Counted from the first letter of the stretch, positions 37,153 to 50,161 are shown. The stretch is 64,000 bases of DNA from Felis catus (GCF_018350175.1 NC_058368.1:60018001-60082000); one strand, 5' to 3'. A program made the numbers and translations. The notes: generated from the sequence alone by a model not told the origin.

Positions 37153-38599
37153 ATTATCGCTTTTAAATCTTACGGAATCAAATTGACTCATTGATGTATT
37201 TTTCCTTGGCAGGTTTTGATTGTTAGGAAAAGGTACAAAATTTGCAGTAAGCACAAAGCTCATAAAAGACAGTTTACAATGGAGTAGAATAACTAATAAT
37301 TTCAAATGCTGTTATTTTTTTCAAAATGTGCATTCAAAGGTGCATGGAACATGGGAGTGGAAATATAAATATGGTCATTTAAATTTGGAACTAAATCTAG
37401 GAAATTTCTATTATAAGTTCTCTTAAATATATAGAAAAATACACTAAAAGTGAGGTAATAAGACAGAAAATTAAGGTAACAAGGAAATGGAAGAAATTAG
37501 CAACAAAAACTAATTTACCAACAAAGACATAAAATTAAATATGCAAATTAAATTTGTAAAAAGAAAAATCAATAATGCATTAAATCTATTCAATACCATT
37601 ACTCCTGCAGGAAATCTATCCTAGAATTAATTAGAAATGAATAAAGTAAATGAATAAATGATTGATATGAAGGGCGGAGAATGGAAATGCAACATGGGCA
37701 AAATAGTCATTCATGGGAAGAGACTAGAACAAATAATGCATAAGCGAGAAACAAAGATTTAATTTAGCTCTATTGTAAGATTGAGAGGTTCATGTACATG
37801 TCAGAAACACAGGTATCCTTTACAATTCAACTTTTGATATTTAAATATTCAATGAATTTCCTTTCAAAGTTATCTCAAATTTAATTTTGGCTTTAGAAAC
37901 CCGCACATGAATCTACATGCTGATGCCAGCAGCAATGTGAAGTTGCTTCTGAGCTGAAAGGGAAGAATATAGATTGCAATGCAGTAGAGTTCTGGTAGGA
38001 ATGGAGCTTATGCTTGTTTTTTTTAAGTTGGCTTTTATTTTTGCTACTGTAATCCCCACATTATTAATCCATAATATCTTCTGCAAATAAAGTAGGAGAA
38101 TCTAAAGGGTTTTTAGCAACCCATCCTTGGGAAAAAGAGCTGGAAGCAATAAATATATCTACAGAAGCAAATTCATAAAAGCCATAAGCTCAACCATGCA
38201 TATCTACATAATTGTTCACACGATTGCTTCTTTGGTTGAAATATACAAGAAAAATTTAAAAGTCTTGTTGGTTCTGGCAAGCTTTACTGTTTAGTTGAGC
38301 ATGATATTTAAGAGAGACAGAGAGGGAGAGAATCACAGGCACTGTGGATTGATTATCTCAATCACTACAAGATGTCATTGATCACTAATTGATACTACAA
38401 AAGGATTGAACATTTTCAAAGTTCTGAAGAATGTGATAAGAAAAGGGGGTATGATATATGTTGAAGAAAGTGTTAATCAAGTAAGTTTGGATATGCTCAA
38501 GAAATATAAGAATCATGAATATATTAAAGATGGAAGGTGAAGTAAGTAGATTCCAATGACTGTTAAGCTACATCAGTTTCATTAATTTAAAAAATAATT

Positions 38600-38825
38600 G
38601 GGGCGCCTGTGTGGCTCAGTCGGTTAAGCATCCAACTTCGGCTCAGGTCGTGATCTCACAGTTTGTGAGTTCGAGCCCTGCATCGGGCTCTGTGCTGACA
38701 GCTCAGAGCCTGGAGCCTGCTTTGGATTCGATGTCTCCTCTCTCTACCCCTCTCCAACTTGTGCTCTGTCTCTCTATGTCTCTCAAAAAATAAATAAATG
38801 TAAAAATGTTTTTAAAAAATAAAAA
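38600..38825 (+). mobile_element. SINEC
   Basis: Complete body and A-rich tail. Confidence 0.95.
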
Positions 38826-39190
38826 ATAATAGGAAATGCATAGATAAAAATAAGTAATAAAATAGTTATCTTGAAAAAAGTTGCTCTCTAGAGCTCTCTT
38901 TTAGAACAAGAGAAAAGAAATGCTAGGTCATAAAGGACCCCCAAAATAGGCAAAAGTGGTAAAAATGGTGAAGCTTCTGTTAAGCCAAAATATCTGTTGT
39001 TGTATAAGTTTGAAAAAAGTCAAAAAGTGGATGATTTAAAGATCCATAATCTATTTAAGGGCATTGTATTATAAAGCCTGGATAATGAAGGGGTTTTTAA
39101 ATAATTATGATAGTCGTGTTTGCAGTGCAGTGTCTGATACAGATCTTCTTCATAGAGCCTAAATACGAAAAAGGTATTTAAGATTATTTT

Positions 39191-39393
39191 GGGGGGTGTC
39201 TGGGTGGCTCAGTCAGTTAATCATCCAACTCTTGGTTTCAGATCAGTTCATGATCTCACAGTTCATGAGTTCAAGCCCCACATCGGACTTCATGCTGACA
39301 CTGCGGAGCCTGCTTGGAATTCTCTCTCTCTCTCCTTCTCTCTGCCTCTCCCCTACTTGCTCTCTCTCACAAAATAAATAAAACTTTAAAAAA
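39191..39393 (+). mobile_element. SINEC (older subfamily)
   Basis: Head GGGGTGTCTGGGTGGCTCAG, CT tract, A tail. Confidence 0.93.
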
Positions 39394-39473
39394 AGTATTT
39401 TGAAACGTTTTGTTAAATAGCTTTTTGTTGTTATTGTTGCTTATTTGCCTTTTAACGTTCTGTGATTCGTAAT

Positions 39474-39834
39474 TGTTAAAAGAAAGTCAGCTGGCCAAAA
39501 CTGGAGTCTCCAAACTAAGACTTAATTATAGTTTTGGCTCTCCCAAAAATAAAATCTTAAACCAGTCAATCAGAAATCACCTGATTAGCGCCAGTAGATA
39601 ATCTGATAAACTCCTTCAGTTTGCAAAGGAAAAATTATCTTGTAATAACCAATCTGCCTTTTTGCCAGTACAACTCCCTTGTTTCCTCTGCCTTTGGCCC
39701 ATAATAGTCTTTCTTTTACAGAAAACTCCTTAAAACTCCTCTTTATCTGCTATATTGGATACTGCCCAATTTAAATTGATTTTTGCCCCAATAAACACTT
39801 AAATTTTTAATATGCCTCAGTTTATCTTTTAACA
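39474..39834 (+). mobile_element. Solo ERV LTR (carnivore-type; family uncertain)
   Basis: Perfect 8-bp terminal inverted repeat TGTTAAAA...TTTTAACA, CCAAT-like boxes, AATAAA about 40 nt from the 3' end; TSD is not clean. Confidence 0.75.
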
Positions 39835-40493
39835 AATGGAAGGCATCTTTAAAATATTGGAATACAGGCTTCTATTTTCTTAAAAGTTTCCCAACCAGGC
39901 ATTTTAAGCAATGCATTAAGATAGGTTTTTTTTTTTATTTGGAAATAACTTTTTGGTATTTTCTAGAGATGTAATGGTTTAATGACAAAATCCAATGTGT
40001 ACACTTAAACAGAATTTCAGAGGATGGTAAAAAAGAAGAGTGTGGTTTTAGAATTCTTAATATAATTAATGCACAAAAGCTTATGGGTCTAATATTGAAT
40101 TTTAGTGGATGGTACAAGTATAAACAGGGAATTTGATCATCCTTTTGAGCCTATGTAATAAGGACAACTAACATATTATCACCCCTCCCACTGAAATCTC
40201 TTTGTAAGAATATTGCCTGAATCTAATCAGTATTGGACAATCTGTCCCAGCTTATAAATTATAGTCTCTACTTCCCTTAATAGCTATATTTATAACTGGG
40301 AAAATATTTTAAAAATGTAAGTCAGAAAAAAAAAGAAGTCAGAGGATCCTTTCATAACTGAAACAAACAAACAAACAAACAAACTACATGCTAAGCAGGG
40401 GACTAATGGAAGAAACCATAAAGATATCTCTAATATTCTTCTACATCAAATTAAAAACTGTTATATAAAAAATACAGGAAGCAAGAGGTAATA

Positions 40494-41186
40494 TTGCAAC
40501 TTATAAGAAACATATATATTTAATCATCCAGATGACCGAAATATATTTCTCATATATTTGGTCTTCATCCACAGTTCCTGGTCCATAATTTACAAAACTC
40601 ATTGAATTTCCTGAATGATAAAAGCAATGGGGGCATATTTTGTCATAATTTTTGGTTTCTTTTCTTCAAATCCTGAAAACATTTTAGAACCATAAAGGTG
40701 AAATGTGTGTCTTGTTCCTAACAAGTCCCTTCCCACCAGAAATGGGTTCATATTAATAAAAGTGACTTTTTAAAAATACCTAAGATTGGAGGCTGGTTGC
40801 CAGGGGAACCAACCATAAATACAGAATTGGGACTTTCAGTCCCTACTTTCTTGGGAGAGAAGAAGGGCTAGAGATTGAATCACCAAAGTCCAATGAGTTA
40901 ATAAATTATGCTGAGCTAATAAAGCTTCCAGAAAACTCAAAAGGAGAGGATCTGTGGAGCTCCCAGATTGGGGATCCAGAATACTTTCATGTGTCACATG
41001 CTGGGTCCTAAATTTCATAAAGATAGAAGCTCCTATTTGGGATCTTGCCCTATGTATCTCTTCATCTGCCTATTGTTTTATATCCTGAGTAATAAATCAG
41101 TAATCTAGTGAGGAAATGGGTTTCCTAAAGTCTGTGAAACATTCTAGCAAATTAAATCCAAGGGTGAGATTATGGTACTCTCTGAT
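40494..41186 (+). mobile_element. MER21-like LTR, 3' end missing
   Basis: TATATTTGGTCTTCATCCACAGTTCCTGG..GGCTGGTTGCCAGGGGAACCAACCAT..GGGACTTTCAG..CCCTATGTATCTCTTCATCTG. Confidence 0.8.
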
Positions 41187-41304
41187 TTATTTATTTTTTT
41201 AGTTTTATTTATTTTGGAAGAGAGAGGGAGGGAGGGAGGGAGGAAAGGAGAGTGGAAGGAGCAGGGAGAGAAGGAGAGAGAATACCAAGTAGGCTCTGGG
41301 CTGA
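41187..41304 (-). mobile_element. SINEC, 3' half only
   Basis: T tail, (GGGA)n tract and GAGAATACCAAGTAGGCTCTG, then an abrupt end. Confidence 0.85.
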
Positions 41305-41483
41305 TGGGTGCTCAGTTGTTTGAGCAATGGACTCTTGATTTCAGCTCAAGTCATGATCCCATGAGCCCCTTGTCAGGCCCTGGGTGTGGAGCCTGCTTAA
41401 GATTCTCTCTCTCCCTCTCCCTCTGCACCTCTCCTGTTTGCTCATGCTCTCTCTCTACAAAAAAAAAAAAAAAAAAAAAAAAA
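41305..41483 (+). mobile_element. SINEC (older subfamily), first bases missing
   Basis: TGGGTGCTCAGTTG..GACTCTTGATTTCAGCTCA..; pure A tail of about 25 nt. Confidence 0.9.
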
Positions 41484-42310
41484 GTATTTCAAAATGTCCA
41501 GCACTGAAAATTAAAATGTGAAGTGACATTATAATATGTATCTTAGAAATTTTACTGGTAGGAAATTACCTTATCTAATATTTACAAAATTATGACAATA
41601 GAATTATAGTTCACAAAGATGTAAGTAATTAATTGTTAATAAATTCAGTAAAAAATGTCAATAGAGAAATAGTTAAGGTAATCACATTATAATACAAATA
41701 ATAATTAATCTGGATGACTATGAACACAACTATCTACTAAGTCATGAACAAATATGTAAAGTACAAAAACAAAAGTGAAAATATGCAATATGTTTTATTA
41801 ATTTAGTGAATGAATAAAAATAGACACACGTATACACATCCCAACACGTAGAAGGAATAGCAGTGATTGAGTTTGGGGAAAAGCATCTGACTGAAATTTT
41901 ATATTCATGAAATATGGTATCATCACATTTAAAATTACTGAATTGCACTGTTGGTATATGGTTGTCAGATCTCAACAAATTAAGAAGCTGAATTTTAACT
42001 AAAGACCATTACTATCTTTATTTTTTCCCATTCTGGTCTTCCAATTGGTTTACAGCCAACTCTGGAAATTTGAGGCAATTTGACACAATTTCTGAAGTAA
42101 AATTACTAATAATAAAAAAATATTAAGGTGATCTTTATACCTGTAATTTAATTTTTAAATAATGAGGACCATCAAAATAAGGAAATGATAAACCAGCAAA
42201 TACCAGAAATGACTAAATTACTAAAAATGTAGTTATAATGGATTGTGATTAAGTGATTTCAGTGAAATATGACTCAACATGGTACCATACTTAACAACTT
42301 ACCCTTTTTC

Positions 42311-42391
42311 TTGTATAGAAACCAATTTGACAATAAATTTCATATTTAAAAAATTAAATAAAATATTAATCTGAAAAAAATTAAATAAAAA
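42311..42391 (+). mobile_element. Extremely 5'-truncated L1 (about 35 nt plus A-rich tail)
   Basis: TTGTATAGAAACCAATTTGACAATAAATTTCATAT matches the 3' terminus of the other L1s in this window. Confidence 0.85.
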
Positions 42392-42392
42392 C

Positions 42393-42608
42393 TTTTTTAA
42401 TGTTCACTTATTTTTGAGAGAGAGACACAGAGTGCAAGCAGGGGAGGAGCAGAGAGAGGGAGACACAGAATCTGAAGCAGGCTTCAGGCTGCCGGCTGTC
42501 AGCACAGAACCCTACACGGGGCTCGAACCCGCAGACGGGGGAGGGCAGGGGGGATCATGACCTGAGCTGAAGTCGGATGCTTAACCCACTGAGCCACCCA
42601 GGCACCCC
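42393..42608 (-). mobile_element. SINEC with a G-rich internal insertion
   Basis: Antisense body; TSD ACAACTTACCCTTTTTC (42294-42310) / ATAATTTACCCTTTTTC (42609-42625). Confidence 0.94.
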
Positions 42609-43738
42609 ATAATTTACCCTTTTTCGATCCATGTTTTTCTTTCCAGTCAAACTGAAGTAGGAAATTTATATATTCTCTCTATTTACTTAGTATACTGTTC
42701 TATTCTACCAGAATATTGCGAGGCAGGTGTTAATTGTAATAATTTTACTTAATAAAATAAAATAATTTAAAGTAATTTTAGGACCCTAAGATTATGATAA
42801 TTATCTCTAGCAATCATCCTTATTTATATAACATGTCTTCATAATCTTTCCTAACATATTGTAAATGAAAACCTGTATGCTGATTTGGTACTTATTTAAA
42901 TAAGATATGCAAGTTATAAACATATGGGAGCACTCTCTAAAGCAAATGGGATAATTAATACATAATTATAACAAAAATAGAAATATCACCAAGTATCTGG
43001 AAGGATATTGTATCCCAGACTAGCATAGTACACCGTTACCAAAACGCTAGTAAGTACATGATGTTTACCATGTGTGTGGTTTATTTTTTGATTTAAAGAA
43101 AACTTGGTGAGGCATTATTGGGAAGCAGACATAATTAAAAGACAATTATACCTGAGGGAAGTTTCTGAGGCACAACAAAGTACTCCCTTAGAAAAAATTA
43201 TTCTCTATTATTAATTCATAGAAAGTAAAGATTTCAAAAACTAAACATTCAAAGGTATAATCAATCAATAAAATTCAAATTGATAACAAAACAGATAACA
43301 TCCCTTTGAAACTATTCAGAGTTTAGTTCTGATTTTCAAGATCAATTCAGGAGATAGAGAATAATTCAAGGAAAAGTTAATAAAATAAGGGAGAAGTAGA
43401 TCAACTTTTCATGATTTTGGTGAGAAAATTGTAAAAGTAAGCATTTTTGTTTCATGTTGAACTATGAGGTGGGAGAAAGGGGAGAGAGGGTTAGGAGTGG
43501 ACAAGAGAAAGGAAGTGGAGGAAATGGGGAAGAGTGCAGAAGTAGAAAATAAAAACAAAGAGAAAGAGATAGGAACTAATTTTTCCACAACTGTCTCAAA
43601 GATTTGGCTACAATTGTTTGCATATGTATGTCTCACTACAAAGAGGTGACACACAAGCCTATGACAAGCTAGAAGAAACTGGAGACCAAATATAAACACA
43701 GTAATTAAAATGAATAAGATTTGAGTTTAAATTGACTT

Positions 43739-43777
43739 AAAGAAAGAAAGAAAGAAAGAAGAAAGAAAGAAAGAAAA
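43739..43777. repeat. (GAAA)n microsatellite
   Basis: Seen directly; one interruption. Confidence 0.9.
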
Positions 43778-44469
43778 AGCAATTTTGACTTTACTACTTG
43801 CAATATGGACCTATGTGGAAAATATGGCATAAGGTTTGTTACCATAACTTTTCTCATTCCTGAAGTCCTATTGGGGCTCCACCAACACAAGTAATCCATC
43901 ACTGCTATTGCTGCTGTTGGCATTGACATCAAGGGAAAGCCCAGAGAACTGTGTAAAGGATCTGTGGTTTAAGCAGGTGGCATTCAGTTGCAACGGTAAA
44001 AGAATGGTTAAAAACCTAAAGTTCAGAAGATGTCACCAGCTATAAAGGGAGTGGTAATGGGTAAGAGAGAAAAACACATGGTGTGTTAGGAACTCTTACT
44101 ACTGAGGTTTCTATGCTAAATGCAGCTTCTCAGTAAATATTTTAATCAGAACTGAGATTAGTAACATTGGTATGTCAAGAATGAATGGGAGGATAGAAAT
44201 AGGTAGAGGATGGAGGAAGGGAGAAATCACTTAGAATGCACTCTCGTCAAATAATTAGTGAAAAGATTCTACTTCAGACATTTGAAAAATGTGAGTTTGA
44301 CTATAAATTAGTCAAAGTATAAATTTGACTATAAATTCCTTACAAAAGATTCATCATTCAATATATATGATTTCATGGTCACTATTCTACACGTTGGGAA
44401 TACTAAAAGAGAGTGATCAGTTTAGTGAATCTCTCTCTTTAACCTCCCTATTCAAAAACTCAAATTTAA

Positions 44470-44785
44470 ATGTTTTATTTGTTTGTTTTTATTATTTTAG
44501 GGACAAAAAGAGAGTGAAAGGTGGAGAGGGGCAGAGGGAGAGAGAGACAATCTTTTTTTTTTTTAATATGACATTTATTGTCAAACTGGTTTCCATACAA
44601 CATCCAGTGCTCATCCCAACAGGTGCCTTCCTCAATTCTTATCACCCACTTTCCCCTCTAATCTTAAGCAGGCTCCACACTCAGCACAGAGCCTAACATG
44701 GGGCTGGATCCCATGACCCTGGGATCATGACCTGAGCAGAAATCAAGTGCGGGACACTCAACTGACTGAGACATCCAGGCGCCCC
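44470..44785 (-). mobile_element. SINEC (older) interrupted by an L1 3' fragment
   Basis: The two SINE halves join seamlessly at AATCTT when 44555-44659 and one TSD copy are removed. Confidence 0.92.
44555..44659 (-). mobile_element. 5'-truncated L1 3' end (about 105 bp)
   Basis: Poly-T, then ATTTATTGTCAAACTGGTTTCCATACAAC; TSD AATCTT at 44549-44554 and 44660-44665. Confidence 0.92.
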
Positions 44786-46135
44786 TCAAAAAAATTAAAT
44801 TTAAAAGGACATTGTTTAAATTGTTAGATGACTCAAACCCAGAAAGGATAACTAATATATTAAATATGACAAGTCGATAAAACTTTTTTCAGAGGTCTGA
44901 ATTTGAGTAAAACACAGTTTAAAAGATTTACACTTAGCGAGTGGAAATAATATGGATTAAAAACAGTTCATACCAACTACAATTTAAGGGCTCACCAAGA
45001 TTATCTAACTGACAAAACAAATTTTTAAGCCTAATAGCTAGATTTTTTTCTGTATTTTGTACAGAAGAATGAAGTCAAGACATAGGCAAGCAGCACATTT
45101 TGTCCTTTTGAGAAACACAGAGACAGACAGGAGAGAAGTAGATTAGACATGATAACATCATTTAATGATAACTATTTTTCACAGCATTCTAATACTTCTG
45201 CTCTCCTGTCTGGTTGTTAAACTTCAGCTGAAGTGTTACACAGTTCTGAGAGTCATGATTTAACAAGACGTGAAGTTGGATTTCTTCCAAACAGAAGCAA
45301 TGGGAGAAGAGAGAAAAAGAAGTTTTGGTATAGAAGTTGTTATAATGGGATAGATTAGATAGGATAAAATTTAGGCAGGATAAAATTTCAAACAAATTTA
45401 TATTTTTTCAAATATTTGCAAGTCACCCATGGCAGGAGTGAGGAGTTATTGGAAAAGAGTTGTGTGTGCAATGTCATAAAAACTTTATAATAATTAGAAC
45501 AGCCACCTTGAAATAAATAGCTTCAGAAGGTCACCTCCAGGGTGAGGACAGTAAGATACTTAACCTGACAAATAATGAATAGCAACCTTGGAGAATGTCA
45601 AAGAATAGGCTAGTGAAGGTAATCTTTAACTTTCTCTTGTTGAAAATTTACAGTTTTATAAAAATGGAATGCTTTTAAAATCAATATAATTGAATTATAT
45701 ATATAGCAATATAATTGATATATATATATATATAATTGCTATTAATATCATTATATTTGTCTTATTTTACTCTTCTTTATTTTGTGTGAGCTCTCCTTTT
45801 AAGCATAAATATAGAAGAGTTCCTGGCCTTTAAAACAGTTGTTAAAGAACTTTTCTTTGGATAGTAATTGAGATTTTTTTGCTGCTGACTTTAATATGTC
45901 TAGATAATTTTTAACATTTGAAAGTGTGATCTCTATTGGATGAACTATTGCAAGTCAGGCAAATTAATTATTAGCATTACATAGAGGCCAAAAGGGAAAA
46001 CACTCTGGGCTCAGGTTAAAGTCAGTCAAGGCAAGACAGAAATATTTTCCTATATCTAGCCCAGAAGGCATGGAGATCCTCAGTTGACTATTTCCAGACA
46101 AGGTGAAGTATCTCATCTGTGAAAACAGTGCTTAC

Positions 46136-46192
46136 CTGCAGGCAATCAATGGCAGCCAAGTAAAGGACACCACGGGACTCTAACTTCTCTCC
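46136..46192 (-). other. Candidate 57-nt internal exon of an unidentified transcript
   Basis: Minus-strand acceptor TTCTCCTGTTTCAG| and donor CAG|GTAAGC; phase 0 is open (GEKLESRGVLYLAAIDCLQ) and the other two phases contain stops. Confidence 0.35.
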
Positions 46193-46330
46193 CTGAAACA
46201 GGAGAACCCCGAAGAAGCACACCTGCTCAGATAATCTTGTCTTTTGGAACACTGGCAAGGGTCCACACAGAAACAGAAATTTCCGTTTTTGTACTTCCGC
46301 TGTATGAGTACTAATAAATTGTGCATAATA

Positions 46331-46372
46331 GTGTGTGTGTGTGTGTGTGTGTGTGTTTGCATGTGTGTGTGT
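46331..46372. repeat. (GT)n microsatellite
   Basis: (GT)13 at 46331-46356 plus a short interrupted extension. Confidence 0.95.
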
Positions 46373-46399
46373 TCAAACTAGGCCTATGCCAATTTGTTT

Positions 46400-48500
46400 T
46401 TTTCTTAAATTCACATTTTGCTTTATTATCAATAATGTTAAAACATATGGTATGATTCTGTTCTATTGATTAGCTACACGGAATATTTTATTTTATGATG
46501 TACTATAATTTAATTATCTGTTCTCATATGTACAGAAAAGTCTTATTTTCCCAATTTTTACTGCCACAAACAGTATTACATATATCCTGGAATACATGTG
46601 CAAGAGATTCTTTAGAGACTATGCCTAACAACGTAATTGCTGATATACATAAATATTTAAAGGTTACTAGATATTGTCATTTCCCTCTCCCATCTTTCTC
46701 CCTTGGTAGCAGTTGCTAGGCTTTCTCAAAAGCCTGAAAATGGATAGGAAATCCAGTCTCATGTTCAAACTATCAGGTTGATAAGAAACCTTGGATTTTT
46801 GTTGATGCAGTAGAAAAAAAAATTACCATTGAGTATGACATTTTATTTAGTTATTTAAAAACAATTTAAAATTCCAGTCTGAAATAGTTCATGATGTTCA
46901 TTTACTTCAATGTTATTATCTTTTATTTTTACCAAGACTCAGCATCAAAATGTATTGAATGCTTCTTCAGTATCTAATTTGGTAATTGTACAGGTTTAGA
47001 GCTTGACTTTCTAAATGTATATAATAAACAATGCTAAAATATCTGAATCCTTCAACTAAATCCTACCTATTCATTCTCTATTATGTTTTCTCAAATCTTA
47101 CAGAAACTAAATCACTTTCATTTTATATATAAAAATTTTGCAATTGTATAAGCCAAATTGGTCTGTCTTATTTATTGTCTCCTATTGTCTCTGATTAGCT
47201 TCATGGTTGTACCAGTATTATAAAGTGATTCTGTATGTTTGGCCTTTATATTATGTTAATATGTTTGGATACAAGAAGAATTGCTTATTATTTGAAGATT
47301 AGTTAACTGCTGGATATAATACATTTATGGTAAGTACCAGGATGCCTATGTGAGAGGAGTCCATATTTCTATCTTCAAATTGAAGTTCTTTAATGATTTT
47401 GCACTATTCAGCTTTGTCTTTTCAATTGTTGCTAATCTTTTCCACTTTTGGTTGGATTTTTTTTTTTTGCTCACATATATATTTCCTTTCTTTCTGTTTA
47501 TTCAGTAAATGCTGTTGCCATGCCTACACATTTTTATATAAAGAAATTTCTAATTTTGTTTAGGTAAAATATTTCAGTTTTAATTAGAATTTCCTTTTTT
47601 ATTCAAGATTTATTTGGGAGCATATACATTTGGTTGCTAAATAAATAGTATTGTTATACTTTTATTATATTTAACTGTGATTTCTAGTTAACATTTTTGC
47701 CATCAGGAAATGTGGTCTGTATGATTATAGTCATTTTTATTTTTGTATGTGTTGTTTCAAAACAGCTTCAGGGTTCCACTAGCATTATAAAATCATGTGC
47801 CTGTATTTTTTAATTTTTTTCCCTTTTTCTTAATAGTTTGAAATTTGAGAAAAGAATTGTCTAATAGAAAAAGGGTTAGTGAGGGCACCAGGGTGGCTCA
47901 GTCAGTTAAGTGTCTGACTTTGGCTCAGGTCAAGATCTCACGGTTCATGAGTTGGAGCCCCACATGGGGCTCTGTGCTGACAGCTCAGAATCTGGAGCCT
48001 GCTTCTGGTTGTGTCTTCCTCTCTCTCTGCTCCTCCCCTGAACATGCTCTGTCTCTCAAAATAAATAAATAAAGAAAGAAAGAAAGAAAGAAAAAAAGAA
48101 AATAAAGAAAAAGGTTTAGTGAAATTTATACTGCTACACAAACCTCCTAATGATTAAATTTACTTTGAATATGTAAAGTATATTTCTATCCTTATGATTA
48201 TTGATATATTTATGTTTATTCTTATGACTTTATTTATGCTTTTTATATTCAATGATTTACCATAATCCTTCTGTTTATGTTTCTCCTTCTCCTTCATTAC
48301 TATTCTCTAGGATACTCACCGACTTTTTTATTTTTTTCTCTTTATTCCATGGGAGTGTGTTGTTTTCCATTCCATAGTCCCCTTTTGTCTTATTTCTCAG
48401 TCACCAACTCTTAAGATATAGTTGATTCCATAAACCCCAGTCTTCCAGTGTCCTCTTATATTGAGTTGATTCTTCATTTGCATAATTTGTGGTGGTTTAG
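46400..48500 (-). mobile_element. Highly degraded L1M remnants
   Basis: T-rich antisense L1-like patches (CCATTGAGTATGACATT; TGTATTGAATGCTTCTTCAGTATCTA); boundaries are approximate. Confidence 0.45.
47883..48105 (+). mobile_element. SINEC
   Basis: TSD AGAAAAAGGGTTAGTGA / AGAAAAAGGTTTAGTGA; (GAAA)n in the tail. Confidence 0.95.
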
Positions 48501-48979
48501 GTATTTAATTTCAACTACAATGTATATTTTATTTATTTTTTTACAATATACTTTTAAATGTAGTGTTTTACACAACACTTTATATGCGTGCATTAGGTCT
48601 CAGGAGGGTTAAACTGGAGTTCTATCAGATCAGCCCAGTTCACCATACTTAAGCTTATACAAATCGAAAGTTAAACATTCAACTGGATATGAGCACACTC
48701 ACACACATATACACACATATCTGTGCATTATATTTGTTATTGCTCTTTACTGTCTCCTCCACTAAACTTTAAGATCCATGTATGTGGGAATCATGAAAAC
48801 ATATAGTAAAACCTGCATATAGAACTAATTTATATAACCTACATAAATCAGTATCTGTGACATTTCTAGATTCAATATTTTCTATTTAATGAAATGTAAA
48901 GATCTCTATAGGTGTCAATAAAATGACTACAACATGAAATAAGGATCATTAATGTAGTGTTTAAAATATATACAGCAAT

Positions 48980-49184
48980 GGGGTACCTGGGTGGCTCAGT
49001 AGGTTAAGCGTCTGATTTCAGCTCAGGTCATGATCTCGAAGCCTTTGAGTTCGAACCCCACATCGGGCTCTGTGCTGACAGCTCAGAGCCTGGAGTCTGC
49101 TTCAGATTCTGTGTTTCCCTCTCTCTCTGACCGGTCCCCACTCACACTCTGTCTCCCAAAAATGAATAAATATTTAAAAATTTA
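48980..49184 (+). mobile_element. SINEC
   Basis: Complete body; its tail is interrupted by a second SINE. Confidence 0.95.
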
Positions 49185-49398
49185 GGCGCCTGGGTGGTGC
49201 AGTCGGTTAAGCGTCCGACTTCAGCCAGGTCATGATCTCGTTGTCCGTGAGTTCGAGCCCCGCGTCGGGTTCTGGGCTGATGGCTCGGAGCCTGGAGCCT
49301 GTTTCCGATTCTGTGTCTCCCTCTCTCTCTGCCCCTCCCCCGTTCATGCTCTGTCTCTCTCTGTCCCAAAAATAAATAAAAAACGTTGAAAAAAATTA
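49185..49398 (+). mobile_element. SINEC, young Fc1-like, inserted in the previous SINE's tail
   Basis: TSD TAAAAATTTA at 49175-49184 and 49399-49408. Confidence 0.95.
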
Positions 49399-50161
49399 TA
49401 AAAATTTAAAAAAACTATATGTATATATATTGGGAAATTTCAGAACATTTAATAAAGAAATTTATTTAGAAAAAAAATCATGATTAAATGTAAATATCTT
49501 TTATTCATAAAGGTAAAATAAATAACATGGTTGACATGAATTTAAATAAATGTATATGCCCTTTTTCTCATTGTCAGAGGTAAATAACTGGGCTTAAGTG
49601 AAATTTAAAATAAAGTAAATCTTCACTGTCAAAAATAATTTCAATAGTATTTTGAAAACACGTTAAAATTCTAGTCACTGAATTTTGTTTGTGCACTGTA
49701 GTCTATGCACAAATGCACTATGCACTATGTTGTGGGTAGTTTACAATTCAAATTCCTCATAAGGTGAAACATGAGTCAATTAAATCTCAAATGTTACTGC
49801 ATATTTTTCATTGAATAATGGTTTCCATATTGATATGTTAAATGTTAAGCTAAAATTATGTGAGAATGAAAACTATATAGAAAACAATATTAAAATTTGT
49901 AGAGCCCAGATTCTTCTATCCAAGTCTAGACATCAGATTGTGTATGTTTGTGTGTGTTGCAAATCACATTTGTTAACAGACTGTAAAAGAAAGGAAGCCT
50001 GATCAACAATCTGGTGAACGATGTTAATACAATTGCTTAGTCGGAGTGCAGTATATTTTAAAGTTTTTTTAAAATTTTTTTTAATCACTCAACTATAACG
50101 TGAAAATTCTTCCAAACTGTTATTACTCTAATTTGTTATCTTTTTTTTATGTCGACATACC

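Noticed and set aside
45680..45745. AT-rich quasi-palindrome
   Set aside because: Explained by a (TA)n microsatellite and low complexity.
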